64,000 bases of DNA from an uncultured delta proteobacterium. GTDB lineage: Bacteria; Desulfobacterota; Binatia; UBA9968. Every line of letters starts with the position of its first letter. The first letter of the stretch is position 1. The notes under the pieces are model-generated. The model was not told the DNA's origin, searched no databases, and saw nothing but the letters and a program-made list of their open reading frames with translations. The translations under genes and the position numbers were made by a program. Positions 43,715-53,109 of this stretch are shown here, in pieces. The stretch covers positions 128,001-192,000 of the forward strand of contig CAVUZH010000025.1 in assembly GCA_963745835.1 (NCBI GenBank), written 5' to 3'.

Positions 43715-43892
43715 GGTTAAAATAAAGCGTAGAGAGTTCGTCAAAAGAGCGGCCTATGCGGCGCCGGTGATCTTGACTCTTAAGGCTATGCCGGCATTTG
43801 CTGCTTCCGGTTCCGGCAGTCCCCGGAGCTCCAAAGGAGACCCTTCCGAGAAAAAGGCGACGAAAGCCCCAGCCAAGAATGAAGTTCAATAA
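43707..43892 (+). CDS. 61-aa peptide with RRxF and YxxP motifs; candidate RiPP precursor
   Basis: MSEVKIKRREFVKRAAYAAPVILTLKAMPAFAASGSGSPRSSKGDPSEKKATKAPAKNEVQ; AAGGAG RBS; overlaps the RRE gene end. Confidence 0.75.
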   Translation: MSEVKIKRREFVKRAAYAAPVILTLKAMPAFAASGSGSPRSSKGDPSEKKATKAPAKNEVQ

Positions 43893-43947
43893 AGAAGGCG
43901 CGCAAATGTGACGCTAGTTCCTCGCACCCTCGGCGCTCTATGATCCC

Positions 43948-44817
43948 GTGAACGATTGCCAGAAGCTAGTTTTCCGGATAGTAGGCTGCGTTGTGGAAAT
44001 CGATTGCCGAGATCGGCCAGCCGCCGAGCTGATACGCGCCAACTATGCCGCCATGCAATCCCACCAGGGTGCCAAACCAGATCTCGAGTATGAGGTCTGG
44101 CGGCGCAATGGTTCACAATTTTGCGTAGCTCGGCAGGGGCGCGAGCCGATAACCGCGGCTGATGAAGGTGAGCTTCTTTTTATATTGGAAAAGGAGCTCA
44201 CCATCGAACTACAAAAAATCCGCCGAGAACTGTATTTCCTTCACGCCGCCGCATTGAGCCTAGCAGGCCGGGGCTTGTTGATCGTGGCAGCCTCCGGTAC
44301 CGGAAAATCGACGACTGCCTGGGCGCTGTTACATCACGGGTTCGATTACTTGAGTGACGAGCTAGCTCCCGTGGCTTTGGATTCTGTGCAGGTACAACCT
44401 TATCCACATGCGCTCTGCTTAAAAAGGGAGCCGCCGCTGCCGTACTCGCTGCCGGTGCGAAGCGTGCGCACCTCATCAACTCTGCACGTGCCCGTCACGC
44501 AAATGCCGAATTCCGCTGTTTCGCAAACGATGCCGTTGAGTGCAATGTTCTTTCTTGAGTACTGCCCGGAATTGGAGATCCCGACCGCCCGTACGATCAC
44601 TAAAGCTGAAGCGGCAGCGCGGTTGTTTGTGAATGCATTGAATCCCCTGGCTCATGAGCAAGACGGGCTCGCTGGTGCCGCAATCATAGCTCAGAGCGTT
44701 CCAGCTTTTCACCTTAAATCGGCAGAACTTGGTCTGACTTGTGAACTAGTGAAAGCGATTCTATCTGAACTAGATGTTAACACACGCACGAATCCGTCCG
44801 ATAATCACCGCTGTTAG
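43948..44817 (+). CDS. HPr-kinase-related P-loop kinase
   Basis: FLHAAAL, AASGTGKSTT Walker A, YLSDELAPV, PYPHALCLK. Confidence 0.85.
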   Translation: MNDCQKLVFRIVGCVVEIDCRDRPAAELIRANYAAMQSHQGAKPDLEYEVWRRNGSQFCVARQGREPITAADEGELLFILEKELTIELQKIRRELYFLHAAALSLAGRGLLIVAASGTGKSTTAWALLHHGFDYLSDELAPVALDSVQVQPYPHALCLKREPPLPYSLPVRSVRTSSTLHVPVTQMPNSAVSQTMPLSAMFFLEYCPELEIPTARTITKAEAAARLFVNALNPLAHEQDGLAGAAIIAQSVPAFHLKSAELGLTCELVKAILSELDVNTRTNPSDNHRC

Positions 44818-44848
44818 CATCGTCGGCTCTGGTTGATAGTCTCAGTTC

Positions 44849-45934
44849 ATGTCCAGCCGTCATCCGCAACTGATCTTGCTCCTCGAGGCAATCTCGAGCA
44901 ACCGGGAAGATCTGGCGCTCGATGAGTTCGACGCCATCACGGTTGCTTGGGCGATCCGAAACGGCCTCGGACCGTTGTTGTATCGCGCCGTGCGCCGAAA
45001 CTCTCAAAGCTTGGCGAATTCTCACTGGAGTTCGCTCAAGGCGGCGGATCTGACCGCCCGGATTGTTATTGGAGAACATTTTCAAGCGTTGCAAGAAATT
45101 GGCGATGCGTGCCGATCAAGTCTTCCTCCCTTGACGTTGCTGAAGGGCATTTCAATCAGTGAACAATGTTATCCCGAGCCGCATCTGCGGCTCATGCGCG
45201 ACATAGATTTTTTGGCTGCAAAAGAATCACTGCCGGCTGTCACTGCTGCGCTGCATCAACTTGGCTATCGGCAGCTGTCAAATGGCGGAGTACGGTATGA
45301 TAAGCATCATCACCTTGAACCATTTTTTCATCAAGACAAGCAGGTGTGGGTCGAGGTTCACCACGGCTTGTTCTCGGCCCAGCGCCGAGCCGGCAGCGCC
45401 AAGGTCTTTGGTCGGGAGAATCTCGCGGCGCAATCACGACCCTCTCGATTTCAAGGCATGGAGGTCCGCCGCTTGAGTCTAGAGCTGCAACTGGTTTACT
45501 TAGCCTCTCACTGGGCACAAGACTTCATCAGGATTGGCGGCGTGGTGGCACTCGCCGACACAATTTACTTGTTGAAGCACGCCGGGACCGACTTCCAATG
45601 GGAGTGGATCCTGAGAGCCGTCAATCGCTCAATTCCGGCAACGTATCTCTACCTGTTGCTCAGTTATATGGTCCGTTATGATCTGGTCAAAGTTGCTCCA
45701 GAGGTCATGCGTGAGCTGGCATTCAGCCAGCCATCGTTCGGCAGCCTAGGCCTTAAGACGATGCATCGCATGATCGATGACTATATCGTGAAAGCAACAG
45801 AGTTCGGGCCATTGTTGAGCGAACGGTCGGTAGGCATCATCTGGAAAACCTTGATGCTGCCTGGGCCAACTCTGCCGAAGCTCGTATTGATTCCGCTAAA
45901 TATTTCACTGCCTCAATATTGCCGCATTCAATAA
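44849..45934 (+). CDS. Nucleotidyltransferase family protein (NTP_transf_5-like)
   Basis: LLKG, YPEPHLRLMRDIDFL, HH, VEVHH, YLASH. Confidence 0.85.
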   Translation: MSSRHPQLILLLEAISSNREDLALDEFDAITVAWAIRNGLGPLLYRAVRRNSQSLANSHWSSLKAADLTARIVIGEHFQALQEIGDACRSSLPPLTLLKGISISEQCYPEPHLRLMRDIDFLAAKESLPAVTAALHQLGYRQLSNGGVRYDKHHHLEPFFHQDKQVWVEVHHGLFSAQRRAGSAKVFGRENLAAQSRPSRFQGMEVRRLSLELQLVYLASHWAQDFIRIGGVVALADTIYLLKHAGTDFQWEWILRAVNRSIPATYLYLLLSYMVRYDLVKVAPEVMRELAFSQPSFGSLGLKTMHRMIDDYIVKATEFGPLLSERSVGIIWKTLMLPGPTLPKLVLIPLNISLPQYCRIQ

Positions 45935-45978
45935 TTTCTCAATTATTTAAAAAATCGTGTCGAAGGGGGAGAAGTTCT

Positions 45979-47343
45979 ATGAATTATGATGCAGAGGCTG
46001 CGATATCTTCCAAGGAGCAGCCAATCACTCATCGATCACAAATGGGCCGGGAGCTCAAGAAGAAGATTCGCGATCGTTCTGCTAAAGTGGGTGTCGTCGG
46101 TCTTGGATATGTCGGATTGCCTTTGGCTTTGGAGATGGCGCGGGCCGGGTTCGAAGTGACCGGTATCGATCTCGTTAGGGATAGAGTCGATTCGATTAAT
46201 TCCGGTATCTCCTATATTCCTGATGTGACTGGCGAAGCTTTGCTCTCGGCTGTTTCGGCCAACAGGCTGCGAGCAACTCAGTCGCTTTCGGCGGCGGAGA
46301 AAGTCGATACTCTAAATATTTGTGTGCCCACCCCGTTGCGCAAGAACAAGGATCCGGATCTTTCCTACGTCATCGCCGCAGTCGAGGCGATCCGGACTCA
46401 CATACGGCCCGGCCAACTGATTATACTCGAGAGTACGACTTATCCGGGTACAACTCGGGAGGTGGTGTTGCCGATCCTCGAAGAATCGGGTCTCAACGTC
46501 GGGCGTGACTTTTTTCTCGCTTATTCTCCTGAACGGGTCGATCCCGGCAATCAGAATTATACTACCCGTAACATTCCCAAAGTAGTCGGCGGCGTGACTC
46601 CGAGATGCGCCGAGATAGCGGTTCTGCTTTATGAGCAATTCGTGGAGAAGGCGTTGCCGGTATCCTCCACCGATTGCGCTGAAATGGTAAAGCTGTTGGA
46701 AAACACCTTTCGAAGCGTGAATATCGCTCTGGCCAATGAAATGGCTTTGACGTGCCATTCGCTGGGCATCGATGTTTGGGAAGTTATCGAAGCGGCCAAG
46801 ACCAAACCTTTCGGGTTCATGCCGTTTTACCCGGGCCCAGGATTAGGTGGCCATTGCATTCCGGTGGATCCCTATTATTTGACATGGCGAGCCAAGATGA
46901 ACGGCTGCGAGCCACGGCTGATTGAGTTGGCCGGACACATCAACAGCCAGATGCCGGGATTCACTGTATTAAGCATCGCCGATGCGTTGAATGAGAGGCG
47001 TAAGTGTTTGCGAGGCGCCAAGATTCTCGGCTTGGGAGTCACCTACAAGCGTGATACCAACGATGTCCGGGAATCACCGGCCGTTCATGTGCTTGAAGCG
47101 CTGCGTAAAAAGGGCGCTTCGATCTGTTATTCTGATCCGCACGTGTCGTCAATATCGATTGCTGGTCAAACGATCAACTCGGTAGAACTGACCGCTGAAC
47201 TCCTGCAGTCAATGGACTGTGTTGCTGTTCTCACCGATCATTCCTCTTTCGATTACTCGCTGATTGCGCAACACAGTTCACTCATTTTCGACACCCGGAA
47301 CGCGCTTAAAGACTTCCCTAGCGCTAACTCAGTTCTCTTGTAG
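45979..47343 (+). CDS. UDP-N-acetylhexosamine 6-dehydrogenase (WbpA/WbpO/TviB family)
   Basis: GLGYVGLP, CVPTP, ESTTYPGTT, SPERVDPG, KLLENTFR, GPGLGGHCIP, DVRESP. Confidence 0.93.
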   Translation: MNYDAEAAISSKEQPITHRSQMGRELKKKIRDRSAKVGVVGLGYVGLPLALEMARAGFEVTGIDLVRDRVDSINSGISYIPDVTGEALLSAVSANRLRATQSLSAAEKVDTLNICVPTPLRKNKDPDLSYVIAAVEAIRTHIRPGQLIILESTTYPGTTREVVLPILEESGLNVGRDFFLAYSPERVDPGNQNYTTRNIPKVVGGVTPRCAEIAVLLYEQFVEKALPVSSTDCAEMVKLLENTFRSVNIALANEMALTCHSLGIDVWEVIEAAKTKPFGFMPFYPGPGLGGHCIPVDPYYLTWRAKMNGCEPRLIELAGHINSQMPGFTVLSIADALNERRKCLRGAKILGLGVTYKRDTNDVRESPAVHVLEALRKKGASICYSDPHVSSISIAGQTINSVELTAELLQSMDCVAVLTDHSSFDYSLIAQHSSLIFDTRNALKDFPSANSVLL

Positions 47344-47440
47344 AATTCATCTCCTGATCTGTACAAGTCCATCCGCTCGTGAAACCAAACTTTCTTCCTC
47401 GCCATATAGAATGGCGGCCACCTGTAACGCGAGGCCAATC

Positions 47441-47917
47441 ATGAAAGAGCCATCGATCGAAGAATTAACGGATGAGGCCATGCAGCTCCTGCCAATGGGG
47501 CTTGAGGAGCTATACATGATATTGGGGGCTCAGCTGTTAATTTCGGCCAAGCCCACCCGAGTGGCGGGAATCATGACCTATCTATCTGCTGCCAGAAAGG
47601 CAAAGGAAGCCAAGGAGCTTTACGCTACCTCGCCAGTGACGCCGACGGCAGCTGATTGGAGCGCCGGACTGGAATCGATTTACATCGAGCTGATTCGCGA
47701 TGGCGTCCAATACATCGAAGATGTCAAACAAGAACTTCGAAGGGGTGTTTGCAACGAAGACATCTTCGCGCTTTCGGAGAAAATAGACAGCTCAGGTATG
47801 CAAATAGTCGTGATGGTAATAGGCGCGGTTTTGAAGATGCCGCCGCAATTTGAAAATATGTCCGCAGTGCTGGCAGCCATTCTCTACAAAATAGGTTTAC
47901 GCGAATTCTGCAGGTGA
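47441..47917 (+). CDS. Hypothetical helical protein
   Basis: 158-aa ORF with protein-like composition, GAGG before ATG; no family recognised. Confidence 0.55.
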   Translation: MKEPSIEELTDEAMQLLPMGLEELYMILGAQLLISAKPTRVAGIMTYLSAARKAKEAKELYATSPVTPTAADWSAGLESIYIELIRDGVQYIEDVKQELRRGVCNEDIFALSEKIDSSGMQIVVMVIGAVLKMPPQFENMSAVLAAILYKIGLREFCR

Positions 47918-48484
47918 TCTCCTTCAGGGATGCATGTCAGCCCTACAACACCTTACCTGATGTGTCCCGTGTGTGGCACACGACTTCGATTAATGTCCCG
48001 AATTTACTACAATCCCTGCCGTTTGAAACGACAGTCCGTGATCGAACGCATCATAAGGCAGAGGCATATACTTTGCTGTAGGTGTACTCAAATGAACGGC
48101 AAGCGGTCCAATCTGTGAGCATTGTGGTGAATTGTACCAAGGCAGAGCTTATCGTGTAACGAGCGAAGAGGATGGTATCCTTTTGCTAGACATGATTGTC
48201 TGTCATTCGTGTTCTATTGAGGCGCGCAGGTTAGGCCTCGATACCAGGACACACGACATTCGTCACATCGCTTTCAACTAGTTTACTTTTAAGTCCCTTT
48301 CAGATAAACCCCTAATCGTCAGAGCGGATTAGGAGATGGTTTCTCTTGTCCTTCATTATGCCTACGAGCAAACCAAGGACCTTGTCACATAGTAGAATGA
48401 AGCAAACTGCGGCGTTAAATGCTACGGAGTATCCGGACGCCGCCAAGCCCTTAAGGGCTGGACTAGTAGAAGCAGGAACTGCGA

Positions 48485-49513
48485 TTGAATTCGTACCCTC
48501 ATCCCGCGGCGCTCTGGAGTTTAGATCGCCATTCATGTTTCTTTAACGACGATGCTCGCGAATTGTTGGGTTTTTGCGAACATGACTTCAAGCAGGATGC
48601 TGCGCTTTGGTTAGAGCGGATTCATCCTGATGACCGTAAGGAGTTTTTGCGCGCGTGGAAAAGTCTGCAGGCGGGCGAAACTAGAGTTTCCTCGCGCTAC
48701 CGGTTCCAACCCAAAGATCGAGGTCAGGTGCTTTGGTTGAGAGAGGTTTCTTTTCTTTATACGAGCAGCGGAGCGGAAAAGCCCAATGTTTGGACGGTTT
48801 ACCTCGAAGAGCTGGCCTCGGAGAGCTTGTTTCGCGGCACGGGCCAGGTCCGCAACTTTGTGCGCGGCTTGACCCACGAAATGGGTAATAATCTTCAGGC
48901 GATCCGCGGCGAGCTGGACATCCTTCGATTTTCTCATGCAATTCCGAAAGACAGCGCGGAGACAATCTATCGGGGAATAAACCAAGTTCGAAGGTTAGTT
49001 CACGAGATCGAGGAGTATCTTTTTCCGTCATCGGTCGAGCCTAAGACTGAGGATCCGGCGTCCGTGTTAGCCGAAGTCATTCAGAGCCGCGAAAAAGAGA
49101 TGGCGGCGCACGGGATTCGCACCGGGATGAAGCTCAAGCAGTCTCTTCCTAAGGTGCCGCTGGACTTACAGTTCGGCAGAGCTCTCACCAACGTCATTGA
49201 TTTTTCGCAAGCGCTTCTTTCCAAAGGCGGCGAACTTAATATCGAAGCCGGCGTGTGCCGGCAGGATGGGGAAAACTACATCGAGTTGAACATCGTTAGC
49301 TCGTCGGATACGTCACTGCAGGTGGAGGAAGGCGACGTATTTCGACCCTTTGCCAATGTTAATGGCCATCGCGCCGGCCTCAGTATGGCGGTGGCGCAAC
49401 AGATTCTTAAGCGCCATTTCGGCAAAATCGTATTTCGCAAAGAACAATCGAATCGAGGCGTATTCTCTCTGTTGATCCGTGTGCCCAACACCGCGCTCCC
49501 TGGTAAGAATTAG
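48485..49513 (+). CDS. PAS-domain histidine-kinase-like protein with degenerate ATPase domain
   Basis: PAS (WLERIHPDDR), H-box LTHEMGNNLQAI; N, G1 and G2 boxes degenerate. The true start may be ATG 48397, with an indel near 48468. Confidence 0.8.
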   Translation: MNSYPHPAALWSLDRHSCFFNDDARELLGFCEHDFKQDAALWLERIHPDDRKEFLRAWKSLQAGETRVSSRYRFQPKDRGQVLWLREVSFLYTSSGAEKPNVWTVYLEELASESLFRGTGQVRNFVRGLTHEMGNNLQAIRGELDILRFSHAIPKDSAETIYRGINQVRRLVHEIEEYLFPSSVEPKTEDPASVLAEVIQSREKEMAAHGIRTGMKLKQSLPKVPLDLQFGRALTNVIDFSQALLSKGGELNIEAGVCRQDGENYIELNIVSSSDTSLQVEEGDVFRPFANVNGHRAGLSMAVAQQILKRHFGKIVFRKEQSNRGVFSLLIRVPNTALPGKN

Positions 49514-49515
49514 AT

Positions 49516-51042
49516 ATGCCATTAGCAGAGATCGACAAATCTCGAACTGCCGGGTGGGCAGCTGGCTCGGGCAAATCGCTGGCCGGCAACTCACCAGTCC
49601 AGCCAAGCAGCGCCATCAGTTCTTTGATTCCCAATGTGCTGGTCGTCGACGATGATGCGACGATCCGCAGTCAGCTGGTTCGTCTGTATAGTCACAGCGG
49701 TTATACGGTGGTCCCGGTATCCTCGGCTGAAGAAGCACTGTCACAGCTTGCGCAAGGCAATATTGATTTCGTTATAACCGACATCAAGCTGCCGGGGTTG
49801 AGCGGCATTGACCTGATCGCCAACATGCAAGAGAACTTTCCCGATGTGCCGGTGATTGCGATCACCGGGTTCAAAGACATCGATACCGCGGTAAACGTGC
49901 TGAAGCATGGCGCAGCGGATTTTGTGGTCAAGCCGTTCGATCTGGGCACGGTACAGGAATCGACGCGTGTAGCACTGGAGAAGACCCGGGTCTACATGGA
50001 GATTCGCCATCTGCGTCGGGGTCTTAAGAACGGCTCTGAGTTTGGCGGCATGCTCAGCAAAACGGCCGAGATGCATCGGATGTTCGAAATCATCCGCATG
50101 GTAGCGCCCACCGAGATGACGGTCTCCATCGAAGGAGAAACCGGCACCGGTAAGGAGTTAGTGGCCAGCGCGGTTCACTATCATAGCGGGCGGCGCGAAA
50201 AACCGTTTGTCACGATTAACTGCGCCGGTTTTCCCGAATCCCTGCTCGAGAGCGAGCTTTTTGGATACGAACGAGGCGCCTTTACCGGCGCAGTACAAGC
50301 CAAGGCAGGAAAGATTGAGCTAGCCCACGGCGGCACCTTGTTTCTCGATGAGATCGAGAGCATCTCAGTGGTCATGCAGGGCAAATTGCTCCGGGTGTTG
50401 GAAGATCAGAAGGTTCAGCGGCTCGGTGGCAGCGCCGATATTCACGTTGACATGCGGGTGATCACGGCCACCAATGTGCCGCTCAAGCAGCTTGTCGCCG
50501 AAGGCAAAATGCGCTCGGATTTTTATTATCGGGTCAATGTCATCCCGATCCACCTGATCCCGTTACAGCAGAGAAAGGTGGATATTCCTCTATTGGTTCA
50601 GGATTTTCTCCATCGTCATCCGGTGGCCGCGGGCAAGGGGATCACCTCGATTTCCAAGCAAGCGATGCGTCGGCTGTTGGACTATTCCTGGCCGGGCAAC
50701 ATTCGCGAACTGCAAAATGTTCTCGAGCGCGCCATCGTTCTCAACACCGGCAGAACCATCGAACATGTCGATCTACCGGAAGTCAGCTTTGAGGCGCATC
50801 CAAGCAGGGGCGGCAACGCCTTTAACGCCCCGCTCAACCAATGGCTGCAGGAAAAAGAAAAGGAGTATCTGGCGCAAAAACTCGATGATTTCGGCGGCAA
50901 CGTCGGACTCACCGCAAAGAGCTGCCGGATCGGCGTGCGCACCCTTTCTCGTAAGATGCGCGCTTACGGCCTCGATAAAAAGCTGTTCAAACAAAAAAGC
51001 GACCTCGCAAAAGCTATCCTACCCAAGACAGGCCAGGCCTGA
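49516..51042 (+). CDS. Sigma-54-dependent response regulator (NtrC/AtoC family, REC-AAA-HTH)
   Basis: LVVDDD, ITDIKLP, GETGTGKE, ESELFGYERGAFTGA, LFLDEI, WPGNIREL, Fis-type HTH. Confidence 0.95.
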   Translation: MPLAEIDKSRTAGWAAGSGKSLAGNSPVQPSSAISSLIPNVLVVDDDATIRSQLVRLYSHSGYTVVPVSSAEEALSQLAQGNIDFVITDIKLPGLSGIDLIANMQENFPDVPVIAITGFKDIDTAVNVLKHGAADFVVKPFDLGTVQESTRVALEKTRVYMEIRHLRRGLKNGSEFGGMLSKTAEMHRMFEIIRMVAPTEMTVSIEGETGTGKELVASAVHYHSGRREKPFVTINCAGFPESLLESELFGYERGAFTGAVQAKAGKIELAHGGTLFLDEIESISVVMQGKLLRVLEDQKVQRLGGSADIHVDMRVITATNVPLKQLVAEGKMRSDFYYRVNVIPIHLIPLQQRKVDIPLLVQDFLHRHPVAAGKGITSISKQAMRRLLDYSWPGNIRELQNVLERAIVLNTGRTIEHVDLPEVSFEAHPSRGGNAFNAPLNQWLQEKEKEYLAQKLDDFGGNVGLTAKSCRIGVRTLSRKMRAYGLDKKLFKQKSDLAKAILPKTGQA

Positions 51043-51459
51043 TCCATCCCGCAGATTTAGCTCACCGTTCCCGGCGTTCCTTCTCTCCTCTTCCTACGAG
51101 ATTTTGTTCCATCCACCTTTGAATCCGTGCCGGAGGTGCGCGGGCCGATAGTCTCAACTCGCTGGCATAATTTATTAGATTGTATATCGCCACTCTAATT
51201 TGCTAGACATACGGCCAAGGTTCTTCTGGTACACCCCGGATTGCTGCACTCAAACACAGAAGCCTTCGCGGAAGCATTTTTCCCCGCTGGTTGGCTGACG
51301 CCAAGCAACCATGAGAAGATCGAACTGGCACCGATTCAGGGTGCTGAGTGGCGGGTTGACGGGTATGGCTAACTGATTTAATGCAGTTTGTTCGAGATGA
51401 TTGATCATTGTGCGCACTAGACTTCTAAATCAACATCAAGACCGAAAGAGAGAGGAACG

Positions 51460-52320
51460 ATGACAGAACAGCAGTCGAAAGTGGCTCAACTTCTAAGAAA
51501 AAATGAACGAGATGTTTTACAGCAGTGGTTGTCGTACCAGATCTCCGCGACAACGATGCGAGCCGATTTGATCAAAGAGAGCGATTTGCGCGAGGAATCG
51601 CGGCGGTTTCTGCAACTCTTTAACGAGGTCGTGCAACAGAACGGGGATGACGAAAATGCCGGCTCCTGGAAATCGGTCAAAGACATGCTCCGCGAAGTAT
51701 CGCGCAGCCGCGTTGTCCAAGGTTTCAGTCCGTCTGAAACCGCCACGTTCATTTTTTCGCTCAAGCAGCCGATCTTCGATATGTTGCGGCGCGAGATACG
51801 CGATGTTGACGAACTGTGCCGCGAGATCTGGGCGGCCACGGCTCTGCTCGACAAGCTCGGACTGTACACCACGGAAGCCTACCTGCAGAGCCGCGAGTCA
51901 ATCATCTCGCGCCAGCAGCAAGAATTGATGGAGCTATCCACTCCTGTGGTCCAGCTCTGGGACAATGTCCTCGCACTGCCACTAATCGGTACACTCGACA
52001 GCGAACGCACTCAAGTGGTGATGGAGAACTTGCTCGAGAAAGTAGTCGAGACCGGCGCAAAGATAGCGATCATCGATATCACCGGCGTTCCCACTGTGGA
52101 CACACTGGTTGCGCAACATCTACTCAAGACAGTCGCCGCCGCCCGGCTCATGGGAGCCGATTGCATCATCAGCGGCATTCGTCCGCAGATCGCTCAGACC
52201 ATCGTTCACCTGGGCATCAACCTGGCCGATATCATCACTAAAGCGACCTTAGCCGATGCATTCGCCATTGCCCTGCAGCGGACCGGAGCCAAGGTGACGC
52301 GCCTGAGCGGCAAAGAGTGA
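51460..52320 (+). CDS. rsbR: Stressosome scaffold/sensor RsbR (N-terminal helical domain + STAS)
   Basis: ELSTPVVQLW, LPLIGTLDSERT, IDITGVPTVDTLVAQHL, SGIRPQIAQTIV. Confidence 0.92.
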   Translation: MTEQQSKVAQLLRKNERDVLQQWLSYQISATTMRADLIKESDLREESRRFLQLFNEVVQQNGDDENAGSWKSVKDMLREVSRSRVVQGFSPSETATFIFSLKQPIFDMLRREIRDVDELCREIWAATALLDKLGLYTTEAYLQSRESIISRQQQELMELSTPVVQLWDNVLALPLIGTLDSERTQVVMENLLEKVVETGAKIAIIDITGVPTVDTLVAQHLLKTVAAARLMGADCIISGIRPQIAQTIVHLGINLADIITKATLADAFAIALQRTGAKVTRLSGKE

Positions 52321-52328
52321 GGTAATTG

Positions 52329-52718
52329 ATGGAACGGATTCCAATCCTGAAAATGGGCCGCTTTCTACTCGTGACTATTCAGGTGGACATGCACGATCGC
52401 TTGGCAATGACGCTTCAAGAGGACTTGACCGATCGTATCGTCAAAGACCACGCGCACGGGGTGTTGCTCGATATTTCCTCCTTGGAAATCGTCGACTCCT
52501 TTATCGGCCGCATGATCGGTCACATTGCCGGCGTCTCTCGCGTGCTCGATGCCAAAACCGTGGTGGTGGGAATGAGACCTGCCGTCGCCATCACGCTGGT
52601 AGAATTGGGCATGACCCTCGATGGAGTGAGCACCGCGCTGAATGTCGATACCGGTATGGCGATGTTGAACGCCTCGCTGGAAGAGAGGGAACAACTTAAT
52701 GGTGGTTCTCAAGGATGA
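52329..52718 (+). CDS. rsbS: Stressosome antagonist RsbS (STAS)
   Basis: IPILK, LDISSLEIVDSF, VVGMRPAVAITLVELG. Confidence 0.92.
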   Translation: MERIPILKMGRFLLVTIQVDMHDRLAMTLQEDLTDRIVKDHAHGVLLDISSLEIVDSFIGRMIGHIAGVSRVLDAKTVVVGMRPAVAITLVELGMTLDGVSTALNVDTGMAMLNASLEEREQLNGGSQG

Positions 52719-53109
52719 GACTGCTTCAATCCGGAGTTCTGACGACATCGTCAAGGTACGCCGGATTGTCCGAGAGTGGGCGGTATCGCTGGGGTTCAGC
52801 TTAGTGGATCAGACCAAGGTCGTTACGGCAGCCAGTGAGTTGGCGCGTAATGTCATCGATTACGGTGGCGGTGGCGACTTTCGGATCGAGGCGCTCAACA
52901 ATCATGCCCGGCGCGGACTGCGGCTGACGTTTTCTGATGAAGGACCGGGTATTGTTGATCTGGAACAGGCAATGAAGGACGGGTTTACCACCGGTGGAGG
53001 GTTGGGTCTCGGGCTCGGCGGCGCCAAGCGGTTGGTAAACGAATTCCTAATCGATTCGAAACCAGGGCGAGGCACTACCGTGGTGATTGTCCGCTGGAAG
53101 AATCTATGA
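52699..53109 (+). CDS. rsbT: Stressosome Ser/Thr kinase RsbT
   Basis: TAASELARN, DEGPGI, DGFTTGGGLGLGLGGAKRL. Confidence 0.92.
   Translation: MVVLKDETASIRSSDDIVKVRRIVREWAVSLGFSLVDQTKVVTAASELARNVIDYGGGGDFRIEALNNHARRGLRLTFSDEGPGIVDLEQAMKDGFTTGGGLGLGLGGAKRLVNEFLIDSKPGRGTTVVIVRWKNL

Noticed and set aside
43421-45934. PQQ biosynthesis or a canonical lasso peptide cluster
   Set aside because: No pqqB/C/E or ExxxY peptide; no B2 protease or adjacent cyclase. The asparagine-synthase-like gene is 16 kb away and truncated.
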